From Candidatus Binatia bacterium (lineage in GTDB: Bacteria; Desulfobacterota; Binatia; UBA9968; JAJDTQ01), in the NCBI GenBank assembly GCA_963666515.2, contig OY762897.2:384001-448000 (forward strand): a stretch of DNA of 64,000 nt. Reading direction: 5' to 3'. Under the pieces are notes generated by a model. That model was not told where the DNA came from and did no database searches. It saw only the letters and a list, made by a program, of their open reading frames with translations. Numbering within the stretch: position 1 is the first letter of the stretch; each line of letters begins with the position of its first letter. The translations under genes were made by a program, and so were the position numbers. Below are positions 1 to 8,943 of the stretch, in pieces.

Positions 1-878
1 GAGCCGATGATGTGGCGGTCCAGGGCGAACTGGATGTTGTCCACGTCGCGCTCGTAGGTGTGGGAGCTTTCGCGGATGGTGGGCAGCGCCAGGGTCATGG
101 CCTCGTCCCGGGTGCGGGCGATGGCGGCCAGCTTCTCGACCGCGATCTTGATGCCGGCGGGGTCCCGTCCCGCCTCTTCAGCCGCATTTCTCAGGAGTTC
201 GCAGCCCCGCGCCATCTCCTTGGGCGACAGCCACCCGGGGATCCAGCCCTCGCCGTAGCGCCCGGCGCGCACCGCGGCCTGGTCCATCCAGCCGCCCACC
301 CACACCGGCGGATGCGGCTTCTGCACCGGCTTGGGGTGGATCTCGGCGTTGTCGAACTTGAGGTACTTGCCCTCGTAGGAGGCCATGGGCTGGGTCCAGA
401 TGGCCTTCATGGCCTCAATGTACTCGTCGGTGCGGTTGCCCCGGCCCTTGATGGGCACCTCGAACACGTCGAACTCGCTGGAGTCGCGGGTAGCCTTGGA
501 ACCCAGGCCCACGCCCACCAGCAGCCGCCCGTCGCACAGATGGTCCAGGGTGGCGCACTGCTTGGCCGCGTAGATGGGGTTGCGCAGCGGCATCACCAGG
601 CAGGCCACGCCGATCTGGATGTTCTTCGTCTTGGCCGCCAGGTAGGACATGGTGGTCATGCACTCGAAGAAGTTGGCCTCCTGGGCGTCGTCCAGGGCTT
701 CGGCGGCGCCCGACGAGATGTGGTGCCGGTGCATCTCCGAACTCCACACCACGTGGTCGTGGAGCCAGATGGTATCGAAGCCCAACTCCTCCGAGTTCTG
801 CGCCGCCTTGACGATGTTCTCCTTGCTGGAGAGCGGCCCCGAGTTGGGCACCCGGATGCCGAATTCGAACTTCCCCAT
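1..878 (-). CDS. LLM-class flavin/F420-dependent oxidoreductase (3' end runs off the window)
   Basis: Manual translation from ATG at 878 (RBS GAGGAG upstream): MGKFEFGIRVPNSG...LGFDTIWLHDHVV...LAAKTKNIQIGVACLVMPLRNPIYAAKQCATLDHLCDGRLLVGVGLG. These are luciferase-like family motifs. Missing from the ORF track because the stop lies outside the window. Confidence 0.9.
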   Translation of the reverse strand, partial: MGKFEFGIRVPNSGPLSSKENIVKAAQNSEELGFDTIWLHDHVVWSSEMHRHHISSGAAEALDDAQEANFFECMTTMSYLAAKTKNIQIGVACLVMPLRNPIYAAKQCATLDHLCDGRLLVGVGLGSKATRDSSEFDVFEVPIKGRGNRTDEYIEAMKAIWTQPMASYEGKYLKFDNAEIHPKPVQKPHPPVWVGGWMDQAAVRAGRYGEGWIPGWLSPKEMARGCELLRNAAEEAGRDPAGIKIAVEKLAAIARTRDEAMTLALPTIRESSHTYERDVDNIQFALDRHIIG

Positions 879-923
879 GATCAATACTCCTCGCCCTCTG
901 GTTTCAAACGGTACCGGTCCTTC

Positions 924-1001
924 GAGTTGGGTGGGGGTCAGGCACCGGGATGATGTTGGGTCCGCCCTTCTTCATCCCGGTGCCTGACCCCCACCCAACT
1001 C
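924..1001. repeat. Perfect 30-bp inverted repeat (REP/MITE-like hairpin)
   Basis: GAGTTGGGTGGGGGTCAGGCACCGGGATGA (924-953) and its exact reverse complement (972-1001), with an 18-nt spacer, intergenic. Confidence 0.9.
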
Positions 1002-1012
1002 CCATCTTTGTT

Positions 1013-1927
1013 CTACGGTTCGGTGATGCCGATGCGGTCGTATTTCAGGTGGCGGTTGTACCAGTCCACCACCTCGCCGGCGATCTGGTCGAAGTAGTCG
1101 TTGTAGACCCCGTAGTGGGTGGTCTTCTTCAGCATGACCAGCTTCTTGGGCTCTCCCGCCTTCTCGTACATGCGGACCGAGTGCTCCTCGGGCGTGGTGG
1201 CGTCGTACTCCACCGCGATGAACAGCACGCCCCGCGGCGAGATCTTGTGCACGACGTCTTCCGGGGCGTAGTCCAGGATGGCGTCGGCGCACTGCAGCGG
1301 CATCTGGTTGGGGATCTTGGACGCCACTTCCTTCTTGATGTTGGTGGTCACGCGCTCCGGCGTCTGAACCATGATCTCCTCGCGCGCCGCCACCAGCTCG
1401 CCGGAGCCGTTCAGCACCCGCACCCGGCGGTCTTCCTCGATGCGCTTGAGGTAGTCGATCCACTCGTACTCCCGGCGCATGGAGTGGAGCCAGTCGCGGC
1501 CGTTGCAGACGCCCAGGTAGCACACCACGGCCTTCACCCGCTCGTCGGTGCCGCCCACCAGCACGGCGTTGCCGCCGCCGGTGCCGCCGGAGCCGTAGGT
1601 GGCGATGCGGTCGGAGTCCACGTCGTCGCGGGTCTCCATGTAGGTGATGGCGTTGCGGATGTCCTCCGCCTGCCAGGTGGGCATGACCCAGCCCTTTTGC
1701 GGGCCTTCGCTCTGGCCCCAGCCGCGGTAGTCGAAGCACAGGCAGGCGTAGCCCGCCTCGCACAAACGCTCGAACATCAGGATGTAGTGCTTGGCGTCCT
1801 TGAGGCCCAGAAAGCCCGGGCCCTGGACGATGCCCGGCCAGGGCTTCCCCTCGTCTCCGTCCGGCAGGTACACGGTACCGTGCACCTTGTAGCCCTCGCT
1901 GTAGAAAGTGACGTCCTCTGTTCGCAT
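1013..1927 (-). CDS. Alpha/beta-fold hydrolase family protein (304 aa)
   Basis: MRTEDVTFYSEG...FDYRGWGQSEG...VDSDRIATYG...D...H-type C-terminal motifs. True start is the ATG at 1927 inside the long track ORF. Confidence 0.85.
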   Translation of the reverse strand: MRTEDVTFYSEGYKVHGTVYLPDGDEGKPWPGIVQGPGFLGLKDAKHYILMFERLCEAGYACLCFDYRGWGQSEGPQKGWVMPTWQAEDIRNAITYMETRDDVDSDRIATYGSGGTGGGNAVLVGGTDERVKAVVCYLGVCNGRDWLHSMRREYEWIDYLKRIEEDRRVRVLNGSGELVAAREEIMVQTPERVTTNIKKEVASKIPNQMPLQCADAILDYAPEDVVHKISPRGVLFIAVEYDATTPEEHSVRMYEKAGEPKKLVMLKKTTHYGVYNDYFDQIAGEVVDWYNRHLKYDRIGITEP

Positions 1928-1947
1928 GTGGCTCTCCCAAAGAGCGC

Positions 1948-2937
1948 CTAGGCGCGCACCGCCGGCAGGACTTCCTTGCCCAGCAGCTCGATCTGCTCGT
2001 ACCAGTCCTCGTAACGGAACCGGAGGTCGTAGACGATGTGGTTGAGGCCGCCCTCCTCGTAGCGCTGCGTGTCGCGGACGATGTCCTCGGGCGTGCCGGC
2101 CAGCAGCAGTCCCTCGATGTCCTTCAGCTCGGAGAAGGTGCCGGACGCGGGTTTCACCCAGGTGGGCTTCTTGTTGCCCTCGTTGATGAGTCCGGGCGCG
2201 TTGACCTTGCTCACCGCGGTGTCCTTGTCCTTGGCGATGCTGGTGATGGGGATGGCGCCGGTGGTGACCATGGGCTTGCCGGCCTTGTCGCAAAGGTCGT
2301 GCAGGTACTTGATGCACTTGTGGAACGTGGCCAGCGGGATGCGCCCGGGCATCCAGCCGTCGCAGTAGTCCACCGCGCGCCGGCACGAAGCCGGGGTGCC
2401 GCCGCCGTACCAGATGGGGATGGGCGCCAGCGGCGTGGGCTTCAGCTCGACGTCCTCGAAAGAGTAGTACTCGTCCTCGTAGTTCACCTTCTCGCCGGCC
2501 CAGAGCCGCCGTACGAGGTTGGAGTTGACCTTGGCCATGTTGAAGCGGTCCTCGCGGGTGTTCTTGAGCCCCGCCGCGGCGAACTCGTGCTGGAACGTGC
2601 CCGCGCCGATGCCCATGATCACCTTGCCGTCGGCCAGGACGCTCAGGGCCGCCATGCACTGGGCGAGGTGGATCGGGTGCCGGTGGGAGATCATCGTACC
2701 GGTCCCCAGGATCAGCTTCTTGCACACCGACGAGATCGCCGACAGGATGGCGACGCATTCGATATGGGTGTTGTCCGTGCCCTCCATGCCGTGGGGCTCG
2801 AAGACCAGGTGGTCGCGCACCCAGACGGAATCGAAACCCAGCGACTCGGCCAGCTTCGATCCCTCGATGCACTTCTCCGCCGATCCCTGGTCCCCGAAAT
2901 GGGGCAGCAGCAGTCCGAACTTCAAGTTTGTCGCCAT
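1948..2937 (-). CDS. LLM-class flavin/F420-dependent oxidoreductase
   Basis: KFGLLLPHFG...GFDSVWVRDH...RHPIHLAQCMAAL...PIWYGG...DGWMP; RBS AGGAGG before ATG 2937. Confidence 0.9.
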   Translation of the reverse strand: MATNLKFGLLLPHFGDQGSAEKCIEGSKLAESLGFDSVWVRDHLVFEPHGMEGTDNTHIECVAILSAISSVCKKLILGTGTMISHRHPIHLAQCMAALSVLADGKVIMGIGAGTFQHEFAAAGLKNTREDRFNMAKVNSNLVRRLWAGEKVNYEDEYYSFEDVELKPTPLAPIPIWYGGGTPASCRRAVDYCDGWMPGRIPLATFHKCIKYLHDLCDKAGKPMVTTGAIPITSIAKDKDTAVSKVNAPGLINEGNKKPTWVKPASGTFSELKDIEGLLLAGTPEDIVRDTQRYEEGGLNHIVYDLRFRYEDWYEQIELLGKEVLPAVRA

Positions 2938-3117
2938 TCTCAAACCTCCTTGCGGTTTCTTGTGGTCGTTGACACGAAAAAAGGTTGCCGCCCCGCGCCA
3001 TCCGCGCGGTTCGGCTCACCTGCTCCAAGTGCTTGAATTGACGCCGGTTCAGGCGCCATTTCCGTGGGATTTCATGAACGAGCGAGCCTCATTTATAGAC
3101 ATCGCCCGCGACGGCTG

Positions 3118-4065
3118 TCAAGCGCGCCTCGATCGTGTGCCGCGCGCCGGTTCGGTGCGGACTCCGTGACGGGCCAGTGCGGCGCGCGCGCCGTCCAGGT
3201 GGGTGCGGCTTACCGGAACCACGTGTCCTCCGGAGAGCCGCAGCACAGTGCGATGGTCGCGTCTTGCCCAACCTTCGACGTGCGGGTAGGCGACCCAGTA
3301 GGAGCGATGTACGCGAACGCCCGAGTCGCCCAACTCGGCGACGGCGTCGGCGAAGCGCAGCAGAACGTTGCAGCGACCCACCGTGGTGACGACTTCCACG
3401 TAGTGGTCGCTCATCTTGAGATAGATGACGTCCCGGCCGACTTCGAGGGGCAGGCGGTCCAGGAACCTGGATGGCACTTCAGCGGGTTCCCCGCGGTCCG
3501 TCGCCGGGACCGTCGCGCCAGGTTCGGCGACTTCCGGTGAAGCCGGTTCCGCAACCGTGCCCGGACCATCGGCGGACCTGTTGTTGAGGCGTTGATCCAT
3601 CAGGTAATGGGCAACGGCGCCGCACAACAGCAGCAACAGCGTGATCAATGAATAAACCGCAGAGAAACCCCGGGCGGGGACATCCGGGCGGAACAGCGCG
3701 TCGACACCGTAGACGACGGCGGTGGATGGCATCGCCGCCACCAGCGCGGTCGCGGCTACCGCCAGCGCGATGAAACCCGGTGTTTGGAAACGCGTGAGGT
3801 AGAGGGTGACGACGTATTCGGCGTAGCACAGGGGAGCACACAAGACCGAGCACAGGATGGAGAAGGCAAGGCGCTCGGCCCACGTGAGGTCGCTCGTGCC
3901 CAAGAGACCGGCGGCGGCGGACAAGCCCAGGAAAATGCCGACCGCGAACAGGGCCCTTTTGAGCATGTAGGGCTTTAGCGCTTCACGATACGCGAATTCC
4001 CACTCGTGTCTCCCTGCGCCAGTCAAATCGCTGTCGTCAACTGACGAAGAAGATGTATGCTCCAC
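3118..4065 (-). CDS. Membrane-anchored LytTR-domain transcriptional regulator
   Basis: About 4 hydrophobic helices, then the LytTR motif IYLKMSDHYVEV...GVRVHRSYWV...VPVSRT. Start codon uncertain. Confidence 0.8.
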   Translation of the reverse strand: MEHTSSSSVDDSDLTGAGRHEWEFAYREALKPYMLKRALFAVGIFLGLSAAAGLLGTSDLTWAERLAFSILCSVLCAPLCYAEYVVTLYLTRFQTPGFIALAVAATALVAAMPSTAVVYGVDALFRPDVPARGFSAVYSLITLLLLLCGAVAHYLMDQRLNNRSADGPGTVAEPASPEVAEPGATVPATDRGEPAEVPSRFLDRLPLEVGRDVIYLKMSDHYVEVVTTVGRCNVLLRFADAVAELGDSGVRVHRSYWVAYPHVEGWARRDHRTVLRLSGGHVVPVSRTHLDGARAALARHGVRTEPARGTRSRRA

Positions 4066-4227
4066 GATGCACCAACCGTTCCAGTACGGTTAGGGTTAGG
4101 GGATGTCGGTGGCGATGTCAACCAGCGCTCCCGCGTTCTTGTGGTCGCGTTGGAATTCGTCTAAGAAGCACCGAAAAACGAGGAGGGACGCCGGCCGTGC
4201 GCGCCGGGCGGCCCAGCGGAGGAACCG

Positions 4228-5175
4228 ATGAGCGACTTTTACAGTGAATGGCTGGATACGACCCAACGGAACGAGGAGTTCGTGGAGAACGCGCCGCGGG
4301 TGGCGCGCCACAAGGAGCTGGATTGGGTCAAGACGCGCCAGGACGCCAGCGCGGCGCTGATGATCGCGCCCGAACTGGGCTTTCCCACCGGCGGCAGCAT
4401 GATGATGCGGGCCGAGATTCCCGTGGGGTGGCACACCGGGCGCCACAGCCACGGCGAGGAGGCCATCTACGTGGAGAGCGGCACCGGCTTCATGGTGCTG
4501 GACGGCAAGCGCTACGACTTCGGTCCGGGCACCGTCCTGCACGTGCCCTACCGGTCCGAGCACCAGTTGTTCAACACCGGCGACGTCCCGGTGGGCTACA
4601 TCTCAGGGCTGGCCTGGCACCTGGAGGCTTCGGTGTACATGGGCCGCATGGAACAGCTCGAGGACTGCGGCGCCAACGACCCGGCGGCGCTGGCCGCCAT
4701 CGGCCCGGAGGAATCCCAGGACTGGCCGGAGGACGGCCGGCGCATCTCCATGCACCAGGACCAGCACGAGCTGTCGGCCGAGTCCAAGCACGGCGCCACC
4801 TACTTCCTCATGGGCCGCAGCGGCAACCGCAACGGCTTCAAGGCCACGGCCGCGGCCATCAGCTCCATCTTCGTCGAGCTGCCGCGCTCCAAGAGCCACA
4901 GCCACGCCCACCCGGAGGCCTACCTGTACGCGCTGCAGGGCGCGGGCTACTCGGAGATCGGCGGCAAGCAGTACACCTGGGAGCAAGGCGACGCGGTCCA
5001 CGTCCCCCCGGGCATGATGCACCACCAGCATTTCAACCCCAGCGACGGCGAGACCCGCGAGTTGCGGTTCGAGTTCGGCATCCGCTACTGGCTGGTGGAC
5101 CAGTGGAAGGGCTACACCACCATCGACAAGCACCTGAAGGCCATGTCGATGGACGAGGACGACGAGGACAAGTAG
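4228..5175 (+). CDS. Bicupin-domain protein
   Basis: Two cupin motifs (HSHGEE...H; HSHAHPE...HQHFN). Confidence 0.85.
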   Translation: MSDFYSEWLDTTQRNEEFVENAPRVARHKELDWVKTRQDASAALMIAPELGFPTGGSMMMRAEIPVGWHTGRHSHGEEAIYVESGTGFMVLDGKRYDFGPGTVLHVPYRSEHQLFNTGDVPVGYISGLAWHLEASVYMGRMEQLEDCGANDPAALAAIGPEESQDWPEDGRRISMHQDQHELSAESKHGATYFLMGRSGNRNGFKATAAAISSIFVELPRSKSHSHAHPEAYLYALQGAGYSEIGGKQYTWEQGDAVHVPPGMMHHQHFNPSDGETRELRFEFGIRYWLVDQWKGYTTIDKHLKAMSMDEDDEDK

Positions 5176-5196
5176 GGGCGGGTTTCAAACCCGCCC
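5172..5196 (+). repeat. GTAG-family REP-like palindrome
   Basis: GTAGGGGCGGGTTTCAAACCCGCCC: GTAG tetranucleotide plus hairpin, overlapping a stop codon; related copy at 22780-22805. Confidence 0.75.
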
Positions 5197-5234
5197 GCGC
5201 CAGGAATGCTCCGCCAGCGCGCTCGCGCGGACGG

Positions 5235-7289
5235 TTACTCCCGGATCCCCGCCAGATCCAGCAGGAAGGCGTACTCCAGGGCGATCTCGCGGTAGCGCTT
5301 GAAGCGCCCGGACGCGCCGCCGTGCCCCGCCTCCATATTCGTTTTCAACAGCAGCCGGTTCCGGTCCGTCTTGACGGCGCGCAGCTTCGCCACCCACTTG
5401 GCCGGCTCCCAGTACTGCACCTGGGAGTCGTGCAGGCCGGTGGTCACCAGCATGTGCGGGTAGTCCTTCGCCTCGACGTTGTCGTAGGGCGAGTACGACA
5501 GCATGTAGTCATAATATTCCCGGTCGTTGGGGTTGCCCCACTCGTCGTACTCGCCGGTGGTGAGGGGGATGTCCGGGTCGAGCATGGTGGTGACGATGTC
5601 CACGAACGGGACCTGCGCCACCACCCCCTCGAACAGGTCCGGCCGCAGGTTCACCACCGCGCCCATCAAAAGCCCCCCGGCGCTGCCCCCCATGGCGAAC
5701 AGCCGCTTCGGCGAGGTGTAGCCTTGCTCGACCAGGTGCTCGGCGCAGGCGATGAAGTCGGTGAAGGTGTTCTTCTTGTTGAGCAGCCTGCCGTCCTCGT
5801 ACCACGCCCGCCCCATCTCCTCGCCGCCCCGGACGTGTGCAATGGCGAACGTGAAGCCCCGGTCCAGCAGGCTCAGGCGGGCGGAGCCGAAGGCGGCGTC
5901 GAGGCTGTGGCCGTAGGAGCCGTAGCCGTAGAGCAGCAGCGGGCTTCGGCCGTCCCGTTCCATTCCCTCGCGGTACACCAGCGAGATGGGGATACGGACG
6001 CCGTCCGCGGCGGTGGCGTGCAGCCGTTCGGTGCGGTAGTCCGCGGAGTCGAACCCGCCCAGCACCTCCTCCTGCTTGAGCAGGGTCTTCTCCCGGGTCA
6101 CCATGTCGTAGTCGTAGATGGAGCTGGGCGTGGTCATGGAGGTGTAGCCGTAGCGCAGCACCGTGGTGTCGAACTCCAGGTTGACGTTGGTTCCGGCCAG
6201 GTAGGCGGGCTCGCCGAACTCCAGGTAGTGTTCCTGCGAGCCGTCCCAAGGCATCACCCGGAGTTGCACCAGCCCGTCCCGCCGCTCTTCCAGCACCAGG
6301 TGGTCGCGGAACACCTCGAAGCCCTCCAGCAGCACGTCGGGACGGTGCGGGATGACCTCCTGCCAGTGCTCCTTGCCGGTGCGGTCCAGGGAGGTCGACA
6401 CGAGGCGGAAGTTCCGGGCCTCGTGGTTGGTGTGGATGAAGAAACGGTCCTCGAAGTGGTCCACGGCGTGTTCGTGCCCCCGTTCCCGCGGCAGGAAGAC
6501 CGTGAACGCTCCCGTGGGGTCGCCGGCGTCGAGATAGCGGTACTCGTTGCTGAGGGTCTGGGAGGAGACGATCATGAGGTATCGCTTGGACTTGGTCTTG
6601 AACACGTGGGCCGAGAAGGTGTCGTCGGCCTCCTCGTAGACGAGCACGTCCTCCGCGGGATCGGTTCCCAGCACGTGGCGGTAGATGCGGTATGACCGCA
6701 GGGTCTCGGGGTCCTGCTTGGCGTAGAAAAGGGTGCGGTTGTCGTTGGCCCAGGTGATGTTGCTGGTCACCTCGGGGATGACGTCGGGCAGGGTCTCGCC
6801 GGTGGCGAGGTCCTTGAAACGGATGGTGTAGATGCGCCGTCCCTGCGCGTCCTCCGTGTACGCCAGCAGGTCCTGCCCAAAGCTCACCGCGAGCCTCCCC
6901 ACCGCGAAGAACTCGTGCCCCTCGGCCAGGACGTTCACGTCGAGCATCAGCTCTTCCGGGTTCTCCAGAGAATCGCGCTTGCGGGCGTAGAGGGGATACT
7001 CCCGGCCCTCCTCGTAGCGGGTGTAATAGTAGTAGTCGTCCCGCCGGTAGGGTACCGACATGTCCGTCTGCTTGATGCGCCCCTTGATCTCCTCGAACAG
7101 CGCCTCTTCCAGCGGCTGGACGTGGGCCATGGCCGCCTTGGTGTGCTCGTTCTCGGCCTCCAGGTAGGCCACCGTGTCGGGATTGTCCCGTTCCCGAAGC
7201 CAGTAATAGTCGTCCCTGCGTACGTGGCCGTGGTGCTCCAACTCGTGCGTGACAACGTTGGCGGCCGGCGGTTTCGGGGTGGTTTCCAT
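5235..7289 (-). CDS. ptrB: Oligopeptidase B (S9A protease II)
   Basis: DDYYWLRER N-terminus, GGSAGG catalytic Ser motif, D-SQVQYWEPAKW, GHGG catalytic His. Confidence 0.95.
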   Translation of the reverse strand: METTPKPPAANVVTHELEHHGHVRRDDYYWLRERDNPDTVAYLEAENEHTKAAMAHVQPLEEALFEEIKGRIKQTDMSVPYRRDDYYYYTRYEEGREYPLYARKRDSLENPEELMLDVNVLAEGHEFFAVGRLAVSFGQDLLAYTEDAQGRRIYTIRFKDLATGETLPDVIPEVTSNITWANDNRTLFYAKQDPETLRSYRIYRHVLGTDPAEDVLVYEEADDTFSAHVFKTKSKRYLMIVSSQTLSNEYRYLDAGDPTGAFTVFLPRERGHEHAVDHFEDRFFIHTNHEARNFRLVSTSLDRTGKEHWQEVIPHRPDVLLEGFEVFRDHLVLEERRDGLVQLRVMPWDGSQEHYLEFGEPAYLAGTNVNLEFDTTVLRYGYTSMTTPSSIYDYDMVTREKTLLKQEEVLGGFDSADYRTERLHATAADGVRIPISLVYREGMERDGRSPLLLYGYGSYGHSLDAAFGSARLSLLDRGFTFAIAHVRGGEEMGRAWYEDGRLLNKKNTFTDFIACAEHLVEQGYTSPKRLFAMGGSAGGLLMGAVVNLRPDLFEGVVAQVPFVDIVTTMLDPDIPLTTGEYDEWGNPNDREYYDYMLSYSPYDNVEAKDYPHMLVTTGLHDSQVQYWEPAKWVAKLRAVKTDRNRLLLKTNMEAGHGGASGRFKRYREIALEYAFLLDLAGIRE

Positions 7290-7387
7290 GCGCCCACCTT
7301 ACCAGAAATCAGGACGTTGACCACGACTCGCATTCTTCCCGCAAAGTCGATAGCCTGTCCCCATCCGCTTTCCGAAAGGAGTCCGCC

Positions 7388-8443
7388 ATGGCCACCAAGG
7401 CAGTCATGGAGTTCAAGGTCCATCCCTACGTGCAGTTCATGAGCGACCGGTTCGGGGCCTACGACCGCTGGATCGAATCGGAGGGACTGCCGGTGGTGAG
7501 CGGCTCCCACGTCCAGGACGTGCGCACGCTGGCGCTGGGGGACTGGCCGCGCCGGGGCGGCAAGGGCGCCTACCTGTCGTTCTCGGACCAGAACGTGGCC
7601 GACGGCTACGTGTGCGAGATCGCCGCGGGCGCGAGCCTTGTCCCCCAGCGGCATCTCTTCGAGGAGATCGTGCTCATCGCCGAGGGCCGGGGCGCCACCA
7701 CGGTGTGGTACGACGAGGCCCGGAAGCGGACCTTCGAGTGGGAAGCCGGCAGCCTTTTCGCCATCCCGCTCAACGCCTGGCACCAGCACTTCAACGCCAG
7801 CGGCACCGACCGCGCCCGCTATTTCGCGCTGACCAGCGCGCCGGTGGTGTTCGAGCTGTACCGGGACGCCGACTTCATCTTCAACACCGACCACGTCTTC
7901 CGGGACCGTTTCGACCCCGCCCAGGAGGATTTCTTCAGCCGCGAGGGGAAGTACAACACCGATTATTACGGCGGCATCCTGGAGAACAACTTCATCAGCA
8001 ACATCCGCGACATCAAGCTGGTGCCCCGGGAGAAGCGCGGCAAGGGCAACCGCAACATGTACATCCACATGGCCGGCAGCACCATGCTGGCCCACGTCTC
8101 GCAGTTCCCGGTGGGGACCTACAAGAAGGCGCACCGCCACGGCCCCGGCGCCCACATCTACATGCTCGACTCCACCGGCTACTCGCTCATGTGGCAGGAG
8201 GGCGAGAAGCCGGAGCGCTTCGACTGGCAGGAGGGCACGGTCATCTCGCCGCCGGCGGGAAGCTGGCACCAGCACTACAACACCGGCGCCGAGCCCTGCC
8301 GGTTCGTGGCGCTCCATGCCTCCACCGCGGTGCAGGGCGAGGAGCGCGGGGTGGAGCAGATCGAGTTCGAGGACGAGGACAAGGTCCTGCGGCAGATGTA
8401 CGAAGACGAGTGCGCGCGCAACGGCGTCACCGCGCAGATGTGA
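7388..8443 (+). CDS. Bicupin-domain protein
   Basis: QRHLFEE...WHQHFN and KAHRHGPG...WHQHYNTG cupin motifs. Confidence 0.85.
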   Translation: MATKAVMEFKVHPYVQFMSDRFGAYDRWIESEGLPVVSGSHVQDVRTLALGDWPRRGGKGAYLSFSDQNVADGYVCEIAAGASLVPQRHLFEEIVLIAEGRGATTVWYDEARKRTFEWEAGSLFAIPLNAWHQHFNASGTDRARYFALTSAPVVFELYRDADFIFNTDHVFRDRFDPAQEDFFSREGKYNTDYYGGILENNFISNIRDIKLVPREKRGKGNRNMYIHMAGSTMLAHVSQFPVGTYKKAHRHGPGAHIYMLDSTGYSLMWQEGEKPERFDWQEGTVISPPAGSWHQHYNTGAEPCRFVALHASTAVQGEERGVEQIEFEDEDKVLRQMYEDECARNGVTAQM

Positions 8444-8478
8444 GCGCGGTTGGGCCATCAAACCGGAAAGGAGCGGCC

Positions 8479-8943
8479 ATGAGCGAGAACGCATCCAAAA
8501 AGGCCCGCGCCATGGGCATCAACCACGTGGTGCTGGAGGTGGGAGATCTGGGCCGGGCCCTTGAGTTCTACGGCGCCATCTTCGACTTCACCCTGCGCGG
8601 CCGGAGCGACCACAACGCCTTCATCGACCTCGGCGACCAGTTCATCCAGTTGAGCCTCGGCAAGACCCAGGAGGCCGACGGCAAGCGCCACTTCGGCTTC
8701 GTGGTGGACGACCGGACGCCGGTGCGGGAGGCCCTGGACCGGCTGGGCGTCAAGCCCCTGGACCAGCGGCTCAACTTCCGCGACCCGTGGGGCAACCGCA
8801 TCGAGGTGGTGCCCTACGACGACGTCCAGTTCTCCAAGGCCCCCAACGTGCTCAACGGCATGGGACTTGGGGACTTGAGGAAGACGCCGGACGCCGTCGC
8901 GGAGCTGACGAAGAAGGGGATGGCGCCTACTTCGCCTTCTTGA
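8479..8943 (+). CDS. VOC (glyoxalase/bleomycin resistance/extradiol dioxygenase) family protein
   Basis: GINHVVLEVGDL...HFGFVVD...DPWGNRIEV; ATG 8479 with GGAG RBS. Confidence 0.85.
   Translation: MSENASKKARAMGINHVVLEVGDLGRALEFYGAIFDFTLRGRSDHNAFIDLGDQFIQLSLGKTQEADGKRHFGFVVDDRTPVREALDRLGVKPLDQRLNFRDPWGNRIEVVPYDDVQFSKAPNVLNGMGLGDLRKTPDAVAELTKKGMAPTSPS

Noticed and set aside
1013-3028. 671-aa ORF as one protein
   Set aside because: The N-terminal half is an off-frame shadow of the LLM gene; the real hydrolase starts at 1927.
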